Source: an uncultured bacterium | GTDB taxonomy: Bacteria > Verrucomicrobiota > Verrucomicrobiia > Verrucomicrobiales > DEV007 | Assembly (NCBI GenBank): GCA_963977015.1 | Contig: CAXBMO010000017.1 | Span: 1-64,000, forward strand | Length of the DNA stretch: 64,000 nucleotides | Direction: 5' to 3' | In this document: positions 40,037 to 50,047 of the stretch, one piece after another | How positions within the stretch are numbered: position 1 is the stretch's first letter | Layout of the letters: every line of letters starts with the position of its first letter | Notes under the pieces: model-generated | The model's database searches: none | The model's input: the letters and a program-made list of their open reading frames with translations, nothing else | What the model was told of the DNA's origin: nothing | Position numbers and translations under genes: made by a program

Positions 40037-41023
40037 ATGGAAGCCAGCCATCCGAACCTGCATTGCCTGCTTTATCATCCGGAATCCGATGAGCTACTTT
40101 CCGGGGGAGAGGAGCTGGTCGAAACCTGGAAAAAACAGCCATCAGCTCAGCTGTGGTTGCATATTGAAGGAAAATTGGATCAGGAGCTCCATGGGCTCCT
40201 GGAATCGACATTTGGACTGCATCCCCTCGCTTTACAGGACGCCTCCCGCGATCGCCACCCGCCAAAGATCGAAGCGTTTGATGATCACAGCTTCATCATT
40301 TTCAAGTCCTTGACTCGCGGCACCAAAAATCTCGACTTTGCAACGTTGCAGTTCGCAATGTTTGTTGGAGAGCGATTCCTCGTGACGCGAACCTCCGGGG
40401 ATTGTCCGAGCGTCGCCAAGCTCCGGACAGAGACCGAAAAGAACATACGCGGGTTTGCGGATGGGCCTGAATTGCTGGCCGTTCGCCTGATGCGGCTCAT
40501 CGTTGAACGCTATCTCAACGTCCTGCTGGCCTTCGAGCCCGAATTGGAAGCGGTCGAAGAGAACCTCCTCGAACGCAGCGACGACCAGCTGCTCGCGGAA
40601 ATGACAAGCAACAAGGCCAGCTTGAAAAAAATGCGCCGGATCTTTCTCTATCACGAACAGATTTTGGAGCAGCTTCGTCAAACTCATCCCGGATTTACCA
40701 GCGATCGGGAACACGAGATCAACGATGTGTATGAACAGCAGGAACGCGCCAACAGCCTGACATTGCTCTATTACGAATTGGCCTCGGATCTGATTGATGG
40801 CTATCTTTCGCTCTCATCGCACCGGCTCAACCAGATCATGAAAGTTCTTACGATCATTACCGCGATTTTTGTTCCGCTCAGTTTCCTGGCCGGAATCTAC
40901 GGGATGAATTTTGAGAACATGCCGGAACTGAATTCCAAATCCGGCTATTTCATCCTCCTGGGCGTAATGACAACCATCGCCGCCGGCCTGCTCTTCGCCT
41001 TTCGGAAACAAAAGTGGATATGA
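40037..41023 (+). CDS. corA: CorA-family Mg/Co transporter
   Basis: FGLHPLALQD, PPKIE, MKVLT, GIYGMNF..MPEL. Confidence 0.95.
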   Translation: MEASHPNLHCLLYHPESDELLSGGEELVETWKKQPSAQLWLHIEGKLDQELHGLLESTFGLHPLALQDASRDRHPPKIEAFDDHSFIIFKSLTRGTKNLDFATLQFAMFVGERFLVTRTSGDCPSVAKLRTETEKNIRGFADGPELLAVRLMRLIVERYLNVLLAFEPELEAVEENLLERSDDQLLAEMTSNKASLKKMRRIFLYHEQILEQLRQTHPGFTSDREHEINDVYEQQERANSLTLLYYELASDLIDGYLSLSSHRLNQIMKVLTIITAIFVPLSFLAGIYGMNFENMPELNSKSGYFILLGVMTTIAAGLLFAFRKQKWI

Positions 41024-43176
41024 TGCTTACCAGCTTTCGAGTCGCAATTCCCATCCTGTTGTTCGCCACTGCGTTCGCCAACGCGCAGGACGAACCTCCG
41101 CCTCCCGTGCCCGATCGCCTGGCTTCGGACTGGTGGAATTATTTTTCTCCGAGCGAGCCGCTCTCCCCGGAAGGCCTCGAACGCCGAATCAACAAATTGG
41201 CCGCCGTTCTGGACAAAGCGATTCAGGATTCCTCTCCCGAACAAGTTGCGAATATTCAGCCGCTGATTGAACGCATCAAATCCGGATTGGCAAAGTATGC
41301 GGAACTCAACGCGATGGAAGCACCGCTGGCCGGCACCAGCATTGTCCCTGCCAGCCGCTACACGGTGAGCGAGGCACTGGTTCGCTACAAGGCCTGGCGT
41401 CAACTGGACGTGGACATCCGCGCCAATCAAGAAGAAGCGGATTGGCGACGTTCCCTGCTTGAGGAGGATCGACGACAGCAATCCATGCGTCGCGTTGCTT
41501 ACATGGATAAGGCCACTAGCGATTCAGGTCGTTTCCAGCTAGGTCTGAATCTCATGGCCATCCGTATTGAACTGGAGGTCCGCGCCCTGACACTTGCCCG
41601 CCAACAAAAGGAATTGGCAATCGCTGAAGGAACCTTGCGCGACCTGAAAGTGGAGCTTGAAAAGATTCCCAAACTCCTGCAACCCGGTCCGGATAGCCTG
41701 GAGATTTGGGCTCGGGCCAAGGATGAGGCGACCACCGCACTTTCGCAATTCAAAGCGAAAATTACCGACGATACCAAGACCGCTCCGCTCGTTGCGGATT
41801 CAATTGGTTCCGCTCAATCCCGTCTCGCAGTTCTGAGGTCGGTTTTGCGGGATGTCGACCTCGCTTTGGCGGAAACGGATCTCAAACGCGCAGAATTGGG
41901 TTTGCAGCTGATCGAGATGATTTCGCCTTCGACGGAGGAGCCGAGCCCCTCGCTGATTTCGGCAAAGATTACGGAATATCGCAAGTTTTCCAGTGCGGTT
42001 GATGCGGTTCGGAATCGGGCGTTTCGGATCGTCGATCGCACCAGAACGGCAGCTGGTCAGCAATTGGCCGCCAATGATGCCAACGAATCGCTCACCAACG
42101 TTCTTCAGGAAACGCTGACCTTGGCCGAGACGACACTCCTGAGCCTTCGCCGGCTGGAGGAGGGACAGGGAAGCGCCCAGTTTTTAACCGTTCTGTTGGA
42201 AACCCGGTTGAACGAAGTCCTGGGTTGGGTTGGCCAGGCATCCTCCCAAACGAAGAACTTTGCGGCCAATACCAGGCAGAGCGTGATCGACGCCTTTCAG
42301 TATCCCATTTTTGAGATCAACGAAACGCCAGTCACTGGATTGGGAATCCTGCGCTTCTTCCTCATCCTCGCAATCGCGTGGTGGAGTTCGAAACTGATTC
42401 GAGGAGGCATGGAACGCTTTGGCCAGCGGCTGCGGAAAGTCAACCGCACCTCGCTTTACACCCTTGAGCGCCTGATTCACTACGTCATTCTTGCCATCGG
42501 CATTATGATTGGGCTGACTACCGTGGGATTGGATCTTTCGAAATTCGCCCTGTTTGCGAGCGCGATTGGCATTGGACTTGGCTTTGGTCTCCAGAACCTC
42601 GTATCCAACTTCGTTGCGGGTCTCATCGTGCTTTTCGAGAGAAGCCTCAATGTTGGTGACTTTGTCGAATTGCAGTCCGGCGTCGCCGGCGAAGTCCGGG
42701 AGATCAACATGCGGAGCACCCTCATCACGACGAACGACAACATCGACATTCTGGTTCCCAACTCGGAATTTGTGGCCACTCAAGTCACGAACTGGACGCT
42801 TCGCGAAGCCTTCCGGCGAATCCATATCCCGTTTGGGGTGGCATACGGGACCGACAAGGAATTGGTCAAAAAAGCCGTCCTGGAAGCTGCTGACCGAGTC
42901 CCCTGGACCTTCTCAGAACAGAATCGCCGCAAGCCTCAAGTCTGGTTTGTAAGCTTTGGCGACAGCAGCCTCGATTTTGAACTCGTCGTTTGGTTAACCC
43001 CTGAAGCTGTGAAACGTCCCGGAGCAGTTCAGTCTGACTTTTTGTGGGAAATTGAGACGAGCCTCGCCGAACACAATATCGAAGTTCCCTTTCCCCAACG
43101 CGACCTCCACCTGCGATCCGGTTTTGACTCCGCAACGGGAGCCCTCCAAGACGATTCCGCGGAATCAAAGGGCTAA
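41020..43176 (+). CDS. MscS/MscK-like mechanosensitive channel with large periplasmic region
   Basis: GIGLGFGLQ..VSNFVAG, VGDFV, VPNS, FGDSSL, PFPQRD. Confidence 0.92.
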   Translation: MMLTSFRVAIPILLFATAFANAQDEPPPPVPDRLASDWWNYFSPSEPLSPEGLERRINKLAAVLDKAIQDSSPEQVANIQPLIERIKSGLAKYAELNAMEAPLAGTSIVPASRYTVSEALVRYKAWRQLDVDIRANQEEADWRRSLLEEDRRQQSMRRVAYMDKATSDSGRFQLGLNLMAIRIELEVRALTLARQQKELAIAEGTLRDLKVELEKIPKLLQPGPDSLEIWARAKDEATTALSQFKAKITDDTKTAPLVADSIGSAQSRLAVLRSVLRDVDLALAETDLKRAELGLQLIEMISPSTEEPSPSLISAKITEYRKFSSAVDAVRNRAFRIVDRTRTAAGQQLAANDANESLTNVLQETLTLAETTLLSLRRLEEGQGSAQFLTVLLETRLNEVLGWVGQASSQTKNFAANTRQSVIDAFQYPIFEINETPVTGLGILRFFLILAIAWWSSKLIRGGMERFGQRLRKVNRTSLYTLERLIHYVILAIGIMIGLTTVGLDLSKFALFASAIGIGLGFGLQNLVSNFVAGLIVLFERSLNVGDFVELQSGVAGEVREINMRSTLITTNDNIDILVPNSEFVATQVTNWTLREAFRRIHIPFGVAYGTDKELVKKAVLEAADRVPWTFSEQNRRKPQVWFVSFGDSSLDFELVVWLTPEAVKRPGAVQSDFLWEIETSLAEHNIEVPFPQRDLHLRSGFDSATGALQDDSAESKG

Positions 43177-44999
43177 GGCAACTCTGCGTCATTCCCAGTT
43201 GGAACAACCGGGGAATCCTCGACGACGAGACTGATCAGCGTATCACCGCTTTCGCCCGGACGGGATTCCTCATTCATAATCTTGAGTTCGCCATCACGAA
43301 GAATGAACAGGACCATTGTCAGGTCTCCCCGTTTCGCAAAAAAGTCTTCCCAGCCAAACTCATCGGTCAGGAGCGTCTTTTTCACACTCGCATGCACACT
43401 CTCAAGTTTGCGGATTTGCTCGCGACTGCCTTCCCCCGAAAAGAGAATTCTGCCGCGCAACTCTCCCGAGCCTGACTTCCGTTCGGATTCCCCCATATCG
43501 GCTGGGGCAAGCTGATAGACGTTGGAGCGACCCAACGCGTGGGCAAAGCCAAGGCAGGCCAACGAATTCACCTGATCATTCGGCGTGACGGCCAACATTG
43601 ATCCGATGCCCGATAAGTCGAGTTCCTCGTGAGCAAACTCCGACAAGACATTGGCGTTGACGGCTTGAAGACCAGCCATTCTCGCTTTCGAGGTGGCGGC
43701 ATAGTTGGAATCCACCAACAAACAGCGAAAGCCGAGCGATTGCAGTTCTTTGGCCGCTTCAATGACCCAAGGACGAATTCCGGTGAACAGGACGCCTTGA
43801 GGCCGTTTGGATGCGACGCCCAACCGTCGTGCAATCGGCCCCGCACTGAGTCCGTAAAACAGCACGGTTCCCACAATAACCGTGAAGACGATGGGAACCA
43901 TTTTCTCTCCCTCCGCCTGAAAGTGCCCGCCGGAGGCGATGATCTCCAACGAAAAAATTGAGCAAACGGCTGCAGCCACGATGCCGCGCGGAGCCATGAG
44001 GGCAAGAAAGACCTTCTCAGTCCGGCTGACTTTGCTACCCATCGTACTGATAAACACGGCGGCGGGCCTAACGACAACAATCAGGATACACAGAAACATA
44101 ACCGCCTCCTTCCAAACCTCGGTCACCTGAGCCCATGATACGCGCCCGCCCAAAATGATGAACAACGCGGAAATGAGGATGATCCGCAGGTTCTCCTTAA
44201 ACTCAATAATGTGCCGAACCTGGGCTTTGCTCTGGTTGGCAATCCCGATTCCCAAAACCGTGACGGTCAACAATCCCGATTCGTGTTGAATCATGTTGGA
44301 GATCGCAAACACGATCAACCCGGCAGTCAGGATCACCACGCTTTGCAGAAAGTCCGGAATCCAGTGGTGTTTCAACACCTTGACCAACATCCAGGCAACT
44401 CCGAACCCCAGGCCAAAACCCACGATCAGCGTTTTGGCCAATCCGGTGATGACCGTCTGGGCACCATTCTCGGACTCTCCGTGCCCAAACAACACGCTGA
44501 AGACCAGAACCGTCAACACGGCCCCGACCGGATCGATGACAATGCCTTCCCATTTTAGAATCGAATTGATCGAGCGAACCGGTTTGAGAGTGCGCAAAAT
44601 CGGGCCAATCACGGTTGGTCCTGTCACCACCAGAATGGCGGCAACCAGGGTCGCAACCGGCCAACTGAATCCTGCGGCGTAGTGAGCCGCCGGAATGGTC
44701 AGGAGCCAGGTTACGGCGGCACCGGTCGTGACCAACCGTAAAACCGGTTTCCCGGCTTCTTTCAGTTCGGGCAATCGTAAGGTCAAACCTCCTTCCAGCA
44801 GGATGATGGCCACCGCCATCGAGACCACGGCAAACAGAGTTTGATCTTCCAGAATCGCACTTTGGTCATAAATCTGGCCGGCGGCGAAACCAAATCCCAG
44901 CAGCAACAAGATGGATGGCAGCTTCAAACGCCAGGCCAGCCACTGTGCAAAAATGCCGAGCGTGAGAATCGCCGTGAAATACAAAAGCCGTTCGTCCAT
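43173..44999 (-). CDS. NhaP-type (CPA1) cation:proton antiporter with C-terminal RCK-like domain
   Basis: IILLEGGL, VTGPTV, WEGIVIDP, APRGIVAAA. Confidence 0.9.
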   Translation of the reverse strand: MDERLLYFTAILTLGIFAQWLAWRLKLPSILLLLGFGFAAGQIYDQSAILEDQTLFAVVSMAVAIILLEGGLTLRLPELKEAGKPVLRLVTTGAAVTWLLTIPAAHYAAGFSWPVATLVAAILVVTGPTVIGPILRTLKPVRSINSILKWEGIVIDPVGAVLTVLVFSVLFGHGESENGAQTVITGLAKTLIVGFGLGFGVAWMLVKVLKHHWIPDFLQSVVILTAGLIVFAISNMIQHESGLLTVTVLGIGIANQSKAQVRHIIEFKENLRIILISALFIILGGRVSWAQVTEVWKEAVMFLCILIVVVRPAAVFISTMGSKVSRTEKVFLALMAPRGIVAAAVCSIFSLEIIASGGHFQAEGEKMVPIVFTVIVGTVLFYGLSAGPIARRLGVASKRPQGVLFTGIRPWVIEAAKELQSLGFRCLLVDSNYAATSKARMAGLQAVNANVLSEFAHEELDLSGIGSMLAVTPNDQVNSLACLGFAHALGRSNVYQLAPADMGESERKSGSGELRGRILFSGEGSREQIRKLESVHASVKKTLLTDEFGWEDFFAKRGDLTMVLFILRDGELKIMNEESRPGESGDTLISLVVEDSPVVPTGNDAELP

Positions 45000-45066
45000 C
45001 GTTTTGGTTCAGAGGTAAACGCAAGGTCCGCACAACGCAGGTCATTTTCCGAACATTGGCCACCTT

Positions 45067-46653
45067 TTAGCTTTCCAGCTTCGCCAAATGCCAAAACTCC
45101 TCCAATTGACGATTCCAGTCAGCTTCCAGTTGCCTGACACGTTCTGGAAATTTTCGGGCCAGGTCATTCGACTCTGCGCGATCGTTGGCCATTTCATAAA
45201 GCTCCCAGGGCCCGCCTTTCGAAGAAACCAGTTTCCAATTCCCTTTGCGGATCGCTTTGTGACCATCGTGAAACCACCAAAAAGAGTCATGCTCGACGGT
45301 GCCATCGTTTGCGAAAACAGGCCGGAGACTTTTCCCCGGCGGCTTGGGAGCCCCCTGCCCTTCCCCAGTTGGCGCCAACTCGGCCCCGGCCAGCTCGAGA
45401 ATGGTCGGGACGACATCAATGACGTGGCCCGGATTGGATCGCAATTCGCCGCGGGCCGGAATTCCAGCGGGCCAGGAAACGATAAGCGGCGTGGAACAAC
45501 CGCCTTCATGCGTCCAGGTTTTATGGCGGCGAAATGGCGTATTGCACGCGGTTGACCATCCGGGCCCCAGACAGAGATAGGTCACCGCAGATCCCATCGG
45601 CGCGTCAGAATCGTGACCGTCACCCCGCACCATGATCTCCGCGCTGGCACCGTTGTCGGAGAGAAAGAGAATCAGCGTGTTCTCCATTTGGCCCATGTTG
45701 CGGATTTGTGCGATCACGCGACCGATTTCCTGGTCCATCCGGTCGACCATCGCGGCATGAATCGCCATCTTCATCGCCTGAAAGTCCTTCTGAGCATGGG
45801 TCAACTCGTCCCAGGGAAGCGGCCGGTTCGTCTCGCCATTGCCGAGAATTTCGAGATGGTCGGGAAAATGATAGGGCGGACCCAAATCAGGTTCGACATC
45901 CGAGAGCCTGCCCTCGTAAATCTCCAGTTCCTTTAGCTTGGCGAAACGTTTCGCCCGAACTGCGTCCCACCCCTTCCGATAGGTGTCTTTGTATTTGGCA
46001 ATGTCATCAGGTAACGCGTGAAGCGGAAAATGGGGCGCGGCGAAGGCCAGGTAGCAAAAAAAGGGCTGGTCCGCGTGCTCCGCCGAATGCTGAGCGAGAA
46101 ACTCGACCGTGCGATCTGCCAATGCGACGGTTCCGTAAAACCCGGAATCCCGTTCAACGGCCGGAAGTGGTTTGTCATCGAGCCAATGTTTTTGGGGGCT
46201 GAAAAAGCGACTTTGATCCTTGAGATAATAGGAGCGGTCAAACCCGTTTTGGAGGGGCATCCCGTCGATGTGCCATTTCCCAACGTGATACGAGCGATAT
46301 CCCTGAGGTTTCAGCAATTCAGGCAACAAGGGAGCCCAAGCTGGCCGAATTCCGATATTGCCTCCTCCGCTGGCTGGAATTCCCGGGATTTTGTCGCGGC
46401 GAATCTGCTGGGCGTAGTATCCCGTCATCAGCGCGCCTCGGGTTGGCCAGCAACGCGCCGTGTTGTAAAATTGGGTAAAGCGAAGCCCGTTTTCGGCGAT
46501 CGAATCCAGATTTGGAGTCGCGATTTCGCCTCCGTAACAGCCCAGATCCGAAAACCCAAGGTCATCGGCCAAAATCAGTAGAACGTTGGGTTTTTCGACA
46601 GCGGGTAGCGTCGCAACAAGAAGAAAAGACAACAGAACCAGCGGAGTTTTCAT
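45067..46653 (-). CDS. Arylsulfatase
   Basis: ADDLGFSD, CWPTR, GKWH, APHFP, SDNG. Confidence 0.95.
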   Translation of the reverse strand: MKTPLVLLSFLLVATLPAVEKPNVLLILADDLGFSDLGCYGGEIATPNLDSIAENGLRFTQFYNTARCWPTRGALMTGYYAQQIRRDKIPGIPASGGGNIGIRPAWAPLLPELLKPQGYRSYHVGKWHIDGMPLQNGFDRSYYLKDQSRFFSPQKHWLDDKPLPAVERDSGFYGTVALADRTVEFLAQHSAEHADQPFFCYLAFAAPHFPLHALPDDIAKYKDTYRKGWDAVRAKRFAKLKELEIYEGRLSDVEPDLGPPYHFPDHLEILGNGETNRPLPWDELTHAQKDFQAMKMAIHAAMVDRMDQEIGRVIAQIRNMGQMENTLILFLSDNGASAEIMVRGDGHDSDAPMGSAVTYLCLGPGWSTACNTPFRRHKTWTHEGGCSTPLIVSWPAGIPARGELRSNPGHVIDVVPTILELAGAELAPTGEGQGAPKPPGKSLRPVFANDGTVEHDSFWWFHDGHKAIRKGNWKLVSSKGGPWELYEMANDRAESNDLARKFPERVRQLEADWNRQLEEFWHLAKLES

Positions 46654-46835
46654 GGAACTGGAATCTTGAAGTGATTCGGGTTCTCAAGGCAACCCACTTT
46701 CCCACAATTGTGACGGTTTCGTCGAAACGGTGGCTTTGGGGCCGTTCGTCAAAAAAACTCACCTCAATTTGGCTTGATTTCCCGTCAACAAGCGCCATTC
46801 TACCCGCCCTCTTCGCCGGAATATTTAATTCAAGA

Positions 46836-46887
46836 GTCGAGACGCCCGCTTCATGCGGCAGAGTTTACCCAACCGGCGAGTCTTGGC
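46836..46887 (+). promoter_or_regulatory. Structured rpsB leader (candidate autoregulatory element)
   Basis: GTCGAGAC/GTCTTGGC stem enclosing a CCGC-TTCAT-GCGG hairpin; candidate promoter TTGATT-N16-CATTCT at 46774-46801. Confidence 0.35.
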
Positions 46888-46928
46888 GAAAACACCCGTT
46901 GTCTTGGTTAAAAGGCAGCACCCCTATT

Positions 46929-47618
46929 ATGTCACAAGAAGCCCTTATTGAGCTGGTCGAAGCCGGTGTCCACTACGGTCACCAGAGCCGCAAATGGAAC
47001 CCAAGAATGAAGCCTTTCATTCTGGAGGAACGCAACGCAATCCACATCATCAACCTTGAGGAAACTCTGAAGCAGGTTGATGTCGCCGCCAACTATCTGG
47101 CCGACCTCGTGGACGCAGGAAAAAAAGTCCTGTTCGTTGGCTGCAAGCGCCAGGCTCAAGACGCCGTTGCTGAAGCAGCTGAAGCGTGCGACCAATTTTT
47201 CGTCAACAACCGCTGGCTTGGCGGAACACTCACCAACTTGGAAACCATCCGCAAAAGCGTGAAGCGCCTCGACTACCTCGAGGGGTTGGAGCGGACTCCT
47301 GAATTCAAGAAAATGAGTAAGAAGGAATTGGCTTCCCTGGGACGCGAACGCGCAAAGCTTCAGCGGAACTTGAATGGAATCCGCAAAATGGAGAAGTATC
47401 CTGATGTCCTGGTCATCGTTGACTCCGCTCGGGAAAAAATCGCGGTTCACGAAGCTTTGAAGCTCGGCATTCCAATCGTTGCCTTGGTTGACAGCAACGC
47501 CGATCCCGATGTAATCGACTACCCCGTTGCCGCAAACGACGACGCGATTCGTTCCATTCGCCTCATTCTCCAAAAACTGATCGAGCCCATCTTGACGATG
47601 AAGGGCAAGACCATCTAA
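46929..47618 (+). CDS. rpsB: 30S ribosomal protein S2
   Basis: EAGVHYGHQ..KWNPRM, RWLGGTLTN, ANDDAIRSI. Confidence 0.99.
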   Translation: MSQEALIELVEAGVHYGHQSRKWNPRMKPFILEERNAIHIINLEETLKQVDVAANYLADLVDAGKKVLFVGCKRQAQDAVAEAAEACDQFFVNNRWLGGTLTNLETIRKSVKRLDYLEGLERTPEFKKMSKKELASLGRERAKLQRNLNGIRKMEKYPDVLVIVDSAREKIAVHEALKLGIPIVALVDSNADPDVIDYPVAANDDAIRSIRLILQKLIEPILTMKGKTI

Positions 47619-47669
47619 CGAGTCCTTTTTGACTCCCCAATTTTTTACAACACTCACGAACCTCTAAAG

Positions 47670-48263
47670 ATGTCCGCAAAAATTGACGCCAAACTGGTTA
47701 AAGAACTCCGCGATAAAACGGGTGCGCCGATGATGGCCTGCAAAGAAGTCCTCGCAGCTACCGAGGGCGACTTGGAGAAAGCCATTACCGAATTGCGCAA
47801 GCGCGATGCCAAAGTCGCGGAAAAGAAAGCAGGACGTGAAGCCAAAGAAGGCGCCGTTGCTTCCTACATTCACATGGAAGGCCGAATTGGTGTGCTGCTT
47901 GAAATCAACTGCGAGACCGACTTCGTTGCCAAAAACGACCAGTTCCGCGATTTCGTGAAAGATATCACGCTTCATATCGCAGCGGCAGCCCCTCAATACG
48001 TTTCCCGCGACGAGGTTCCTGAAGACGTCATTGCCAAGGAAAAGGAAATCTTTGCCGAGCAGATGAAAGACAAGCCAGCCAAGGCATTGGAAAAGATTCT
48101 CGAAGGCAAGATGAACAAATTTTTCAGCACGATTTGCTTGTTGGAACAGGGTTACATCAAGGATCCGGACAAGACGATCGAGGATCTGCTGAAAGCAAAA
48201 ATCGGTGAGTTGGGTGAAAACCTGATTCTTCGCCGCTTTACGCGTTACGCGCTTGGCGAGTAA
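47670..48263 (+). CDS. tsf: Elongation factor Ts (short form, 197 aa)
   Basis: VKELRDKTGAPMMACK, EINCETDFVA; follows rpsB. Confidence 0.98.
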   Translation: MSAKIDAKLVKELRDKTGAPMMACKEVLAATEGDLEKAITELRKRDAKVAEKKAGREAKEGAVASYIHMEGRIGVLLEINCETDFVAKNDQFRDFVKDITLHIAAAAPQYVSRDEVPEDVIAKEKEIFAEQMKDKPAKALEKILEGKMNKFFSTICLLEQGYIKDPDKTIEDLLKAKIGELGENLILRRFTRYALGE

Positions 48264-48283
48264 GTCGCGAAGGCTTTTGCGAC
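48264..48283 (+). terminator. Hairpin after tsf
   Basis: GTCGCGAA-GGCT-TTTGCGAC immediately after the stop; weak U-tract. Confidence 0.4.
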
Positions 48284-48330
48284 ATCGGATTTCGGAACTC
48301 TCACGGGTCCCGGAATTCCACAACTGACTC

Positions 48331-49005
48331 ATGCCCACCCAGGAATCCCACATCTGCGGAGTCAATCTTCATCGCGCCTTCACCATTGGTGAGAAAACGA
48401 TCGAAGTGCTCCGCGGGGTGGATTTGGAAGTCAAACGCGGCGAGAAGCTCTTTCTCTGCGGCGCTTCCGGGGCGGGAAAGACCTCGCTCCTCTACACCCT
48501 GGCCGGTTTGGAGCGCCCAAATCAAGGTTCGGTCGAGATCAACGGCCAATCTCTCTACGACCTCCCGGCTCACGAGCAGGCACGGCTGCGGAACCAATTC
48601 ATGGGCTACGTGTTTCAGCACTACTTTTTGCTGCCGGAATTAACGGCGATCGAAAACGTGCTGCTGCCAGCCATGATTGGTCGCAAAGTCGCGGAAGACC
48701 GCGCCAAGGAGATGATGACCAAGATCGGATTGGGAGATCGACTCAATCACCTGCCCGCCGAGCTTTCCGGAGGAGAGCAACAGCGGGTCGCCATTGCGCG
48801 TTCCCTGATCAATGACCCGGAGATCATCTTCGCCGATGAACCGACGGGAAACCTGGATTCCAAGACCGGCGCTGAAGTGATGGCGGCCCTCTTGGAAATG
48901 ACCGGCGAGCAGGACAAGACGCTGGTGGTCGTCACCCACGACAACGAACTGGCTCAAACCGGCGATCGGCAGTTGGTGTTGGCCGACGGCAAACTGGTCA
49001 GCTAG
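48331..49005 (+). CDS. lolD: LolD-like ABC transporter ATP-binding protein
   Basis: GASGAGKT, LRNQFMGYVFQHYFLLPE, LSGGEQQR, ADEPTGNLD, VTHD. Confidence 0.8.
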   Translation: MPTQESHICGVNLHRAFTIGEKTIEVLRGVDLEVKRGEKLFLCGASGAGKTSLLYTLAGLERPNQGSVEINGQSLYDLPAHEQARLRNQFMGYVFQHYFLLPELTAIENVLLPAMIGRKVAEDRAKEMMTKIGLGDRLNHLPAELSGGEQQRVAIARSLINDPEIIFADEPTGNLDSKTGAEVMAALLEMTGEQDKTLVVVTHDNELAQTGDRQLVLADGKLVS

Positions 49006-49008
49006 CGA

Positions 49009-50025
49009 TTAGCGGGCCTTGGGCGGAGGCCCCGGAGGCTTTTTTCCTGGTGGCGGCCCATCGAGCTTGCGCCGAATTCTGCCATTCGCGAATTCCTCGA
49101 GATCGATTTCATCACTTCCATCGGTATCGATTCGGGCAAACATCTCTTCTTCCATCTCCCGGTTGCGGGCAAACATCTCAACCAACTTGCCACGCGAGAA
49201 TTCCCGACGGCTGATCGCGCCATCTCGATTGCGGTCCATTTCCTTAAATCGTGCCATCGTTTCGGGATGGACATTCGGGCCTGCCACGGTCGTGATCGCA
49301 CGAGCAAACTCCTGAGGACCAACTTCCCGGTTTCCGTTCAGATCGATCGTTTCAAACCTGGAGATGGCTTCGTGCATAAATTCCGCAGGATCGATCGCCG
49401 CATGCTCGGAAGCCCCAATCGAGCCATCATCATTTTTGTCCAGCAGCGCAAAAATCGCGGCGGAATCAGGATCCATCAGCTGTTTCTCGACTCCCAGAGC
49501 CTGAATCCACTCAAACGGCCCAATCACGCCACTTTGGTTGAGGTCAATCCGCTGAAACAGGCTGGCGACAAAGTCGGGATCTTTTCCGTTCTCGAGCGCC
49601 TGCTTGGCCTTCGGGCTGTCCAGGTATTCCTGCATCGCGATCAGACCATCGCGGTCGCGATCGAGCTCCCCGTAGCTTCGGGCGCTGTTCCGATCCAGAA
49701 TCCGGACATTGCGATTGAGCTGTGAAGCCGTGAGCTCGAGCAACTCAATCTCGCCATTTTGATCGCCATCCATCAGCGCAAACACTTCGTCAACCTGATC
49801 ACGTCCTCCGAACTCGCGAGCTCGCTGCGCAACCTCGCTAAACGCAAATTCGAGACGATCCAACCCGGAATTGCGGTTGCGGTCCAAGCTCCCAAACTCC
49901 TGAATCGTCTCGACGTCCAACCCGGCGGAATCCGGCCCGTCCGCTTGAGCGAATCCCCAAACCAAACCAACCGTGGCGAGGAAAATCCCCCGCAACATGG
50001 ATGAAATCTGGGTCGAACGGTTCAT
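49009..50025 (-). CDS. Secreted EF-hand protein (8 motifs)
   Basis: Eight DxN/DxxGxIxxxE-like loops; signal peptide. Confidence 0.85.
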   Translation of the reverse strand: MNRSTQISSMLRGIFLATVGLVWGFAQADGPDSAGLDVETIQEFGSLDRNRNSGLDRLEFAFSEVAQRAREFGGRDQVDEVFALMDGDQNGEIELLELTASQLNRNVRILDRNSARSYGELDRDRDGLIAMQEYLDSPKAKQALENGKDPDFVASLFQRIDLNQSGVIGPFEWIQALGVEKQLMDPDSAAIFALLDKNDDGSIGASEHAAIDPAEFMHEAISRFETIDLNGNREVGPQEFARAITTVAGPNVHPETMARFKEMDRNRDGAISRREFSRGKLVEMFARNREMEEEMFARIDTDGSDEIDLEEFANGRIRRKLDGPPPGKKPPGPPPKAR

Positions 50026-50047
50026 GAGTTGAACGAGTGTAAGGCTC

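Noticed and set aside
46512-46928. N-terminal extension of S2 in the ORF track
   Set aside because: Homology starts at ATG 46929; the extension overlaps the divergent sulfatase gene and its promoter region. Several other ORF-track starts were trimmed for the same reason.
47670-48263. EF-Ts looks truncated
   Set aside because: Short ~200-aa EF-Ts is an established natural form (e.g. Thermus); the ORF ends in a normal C-terminal motif.
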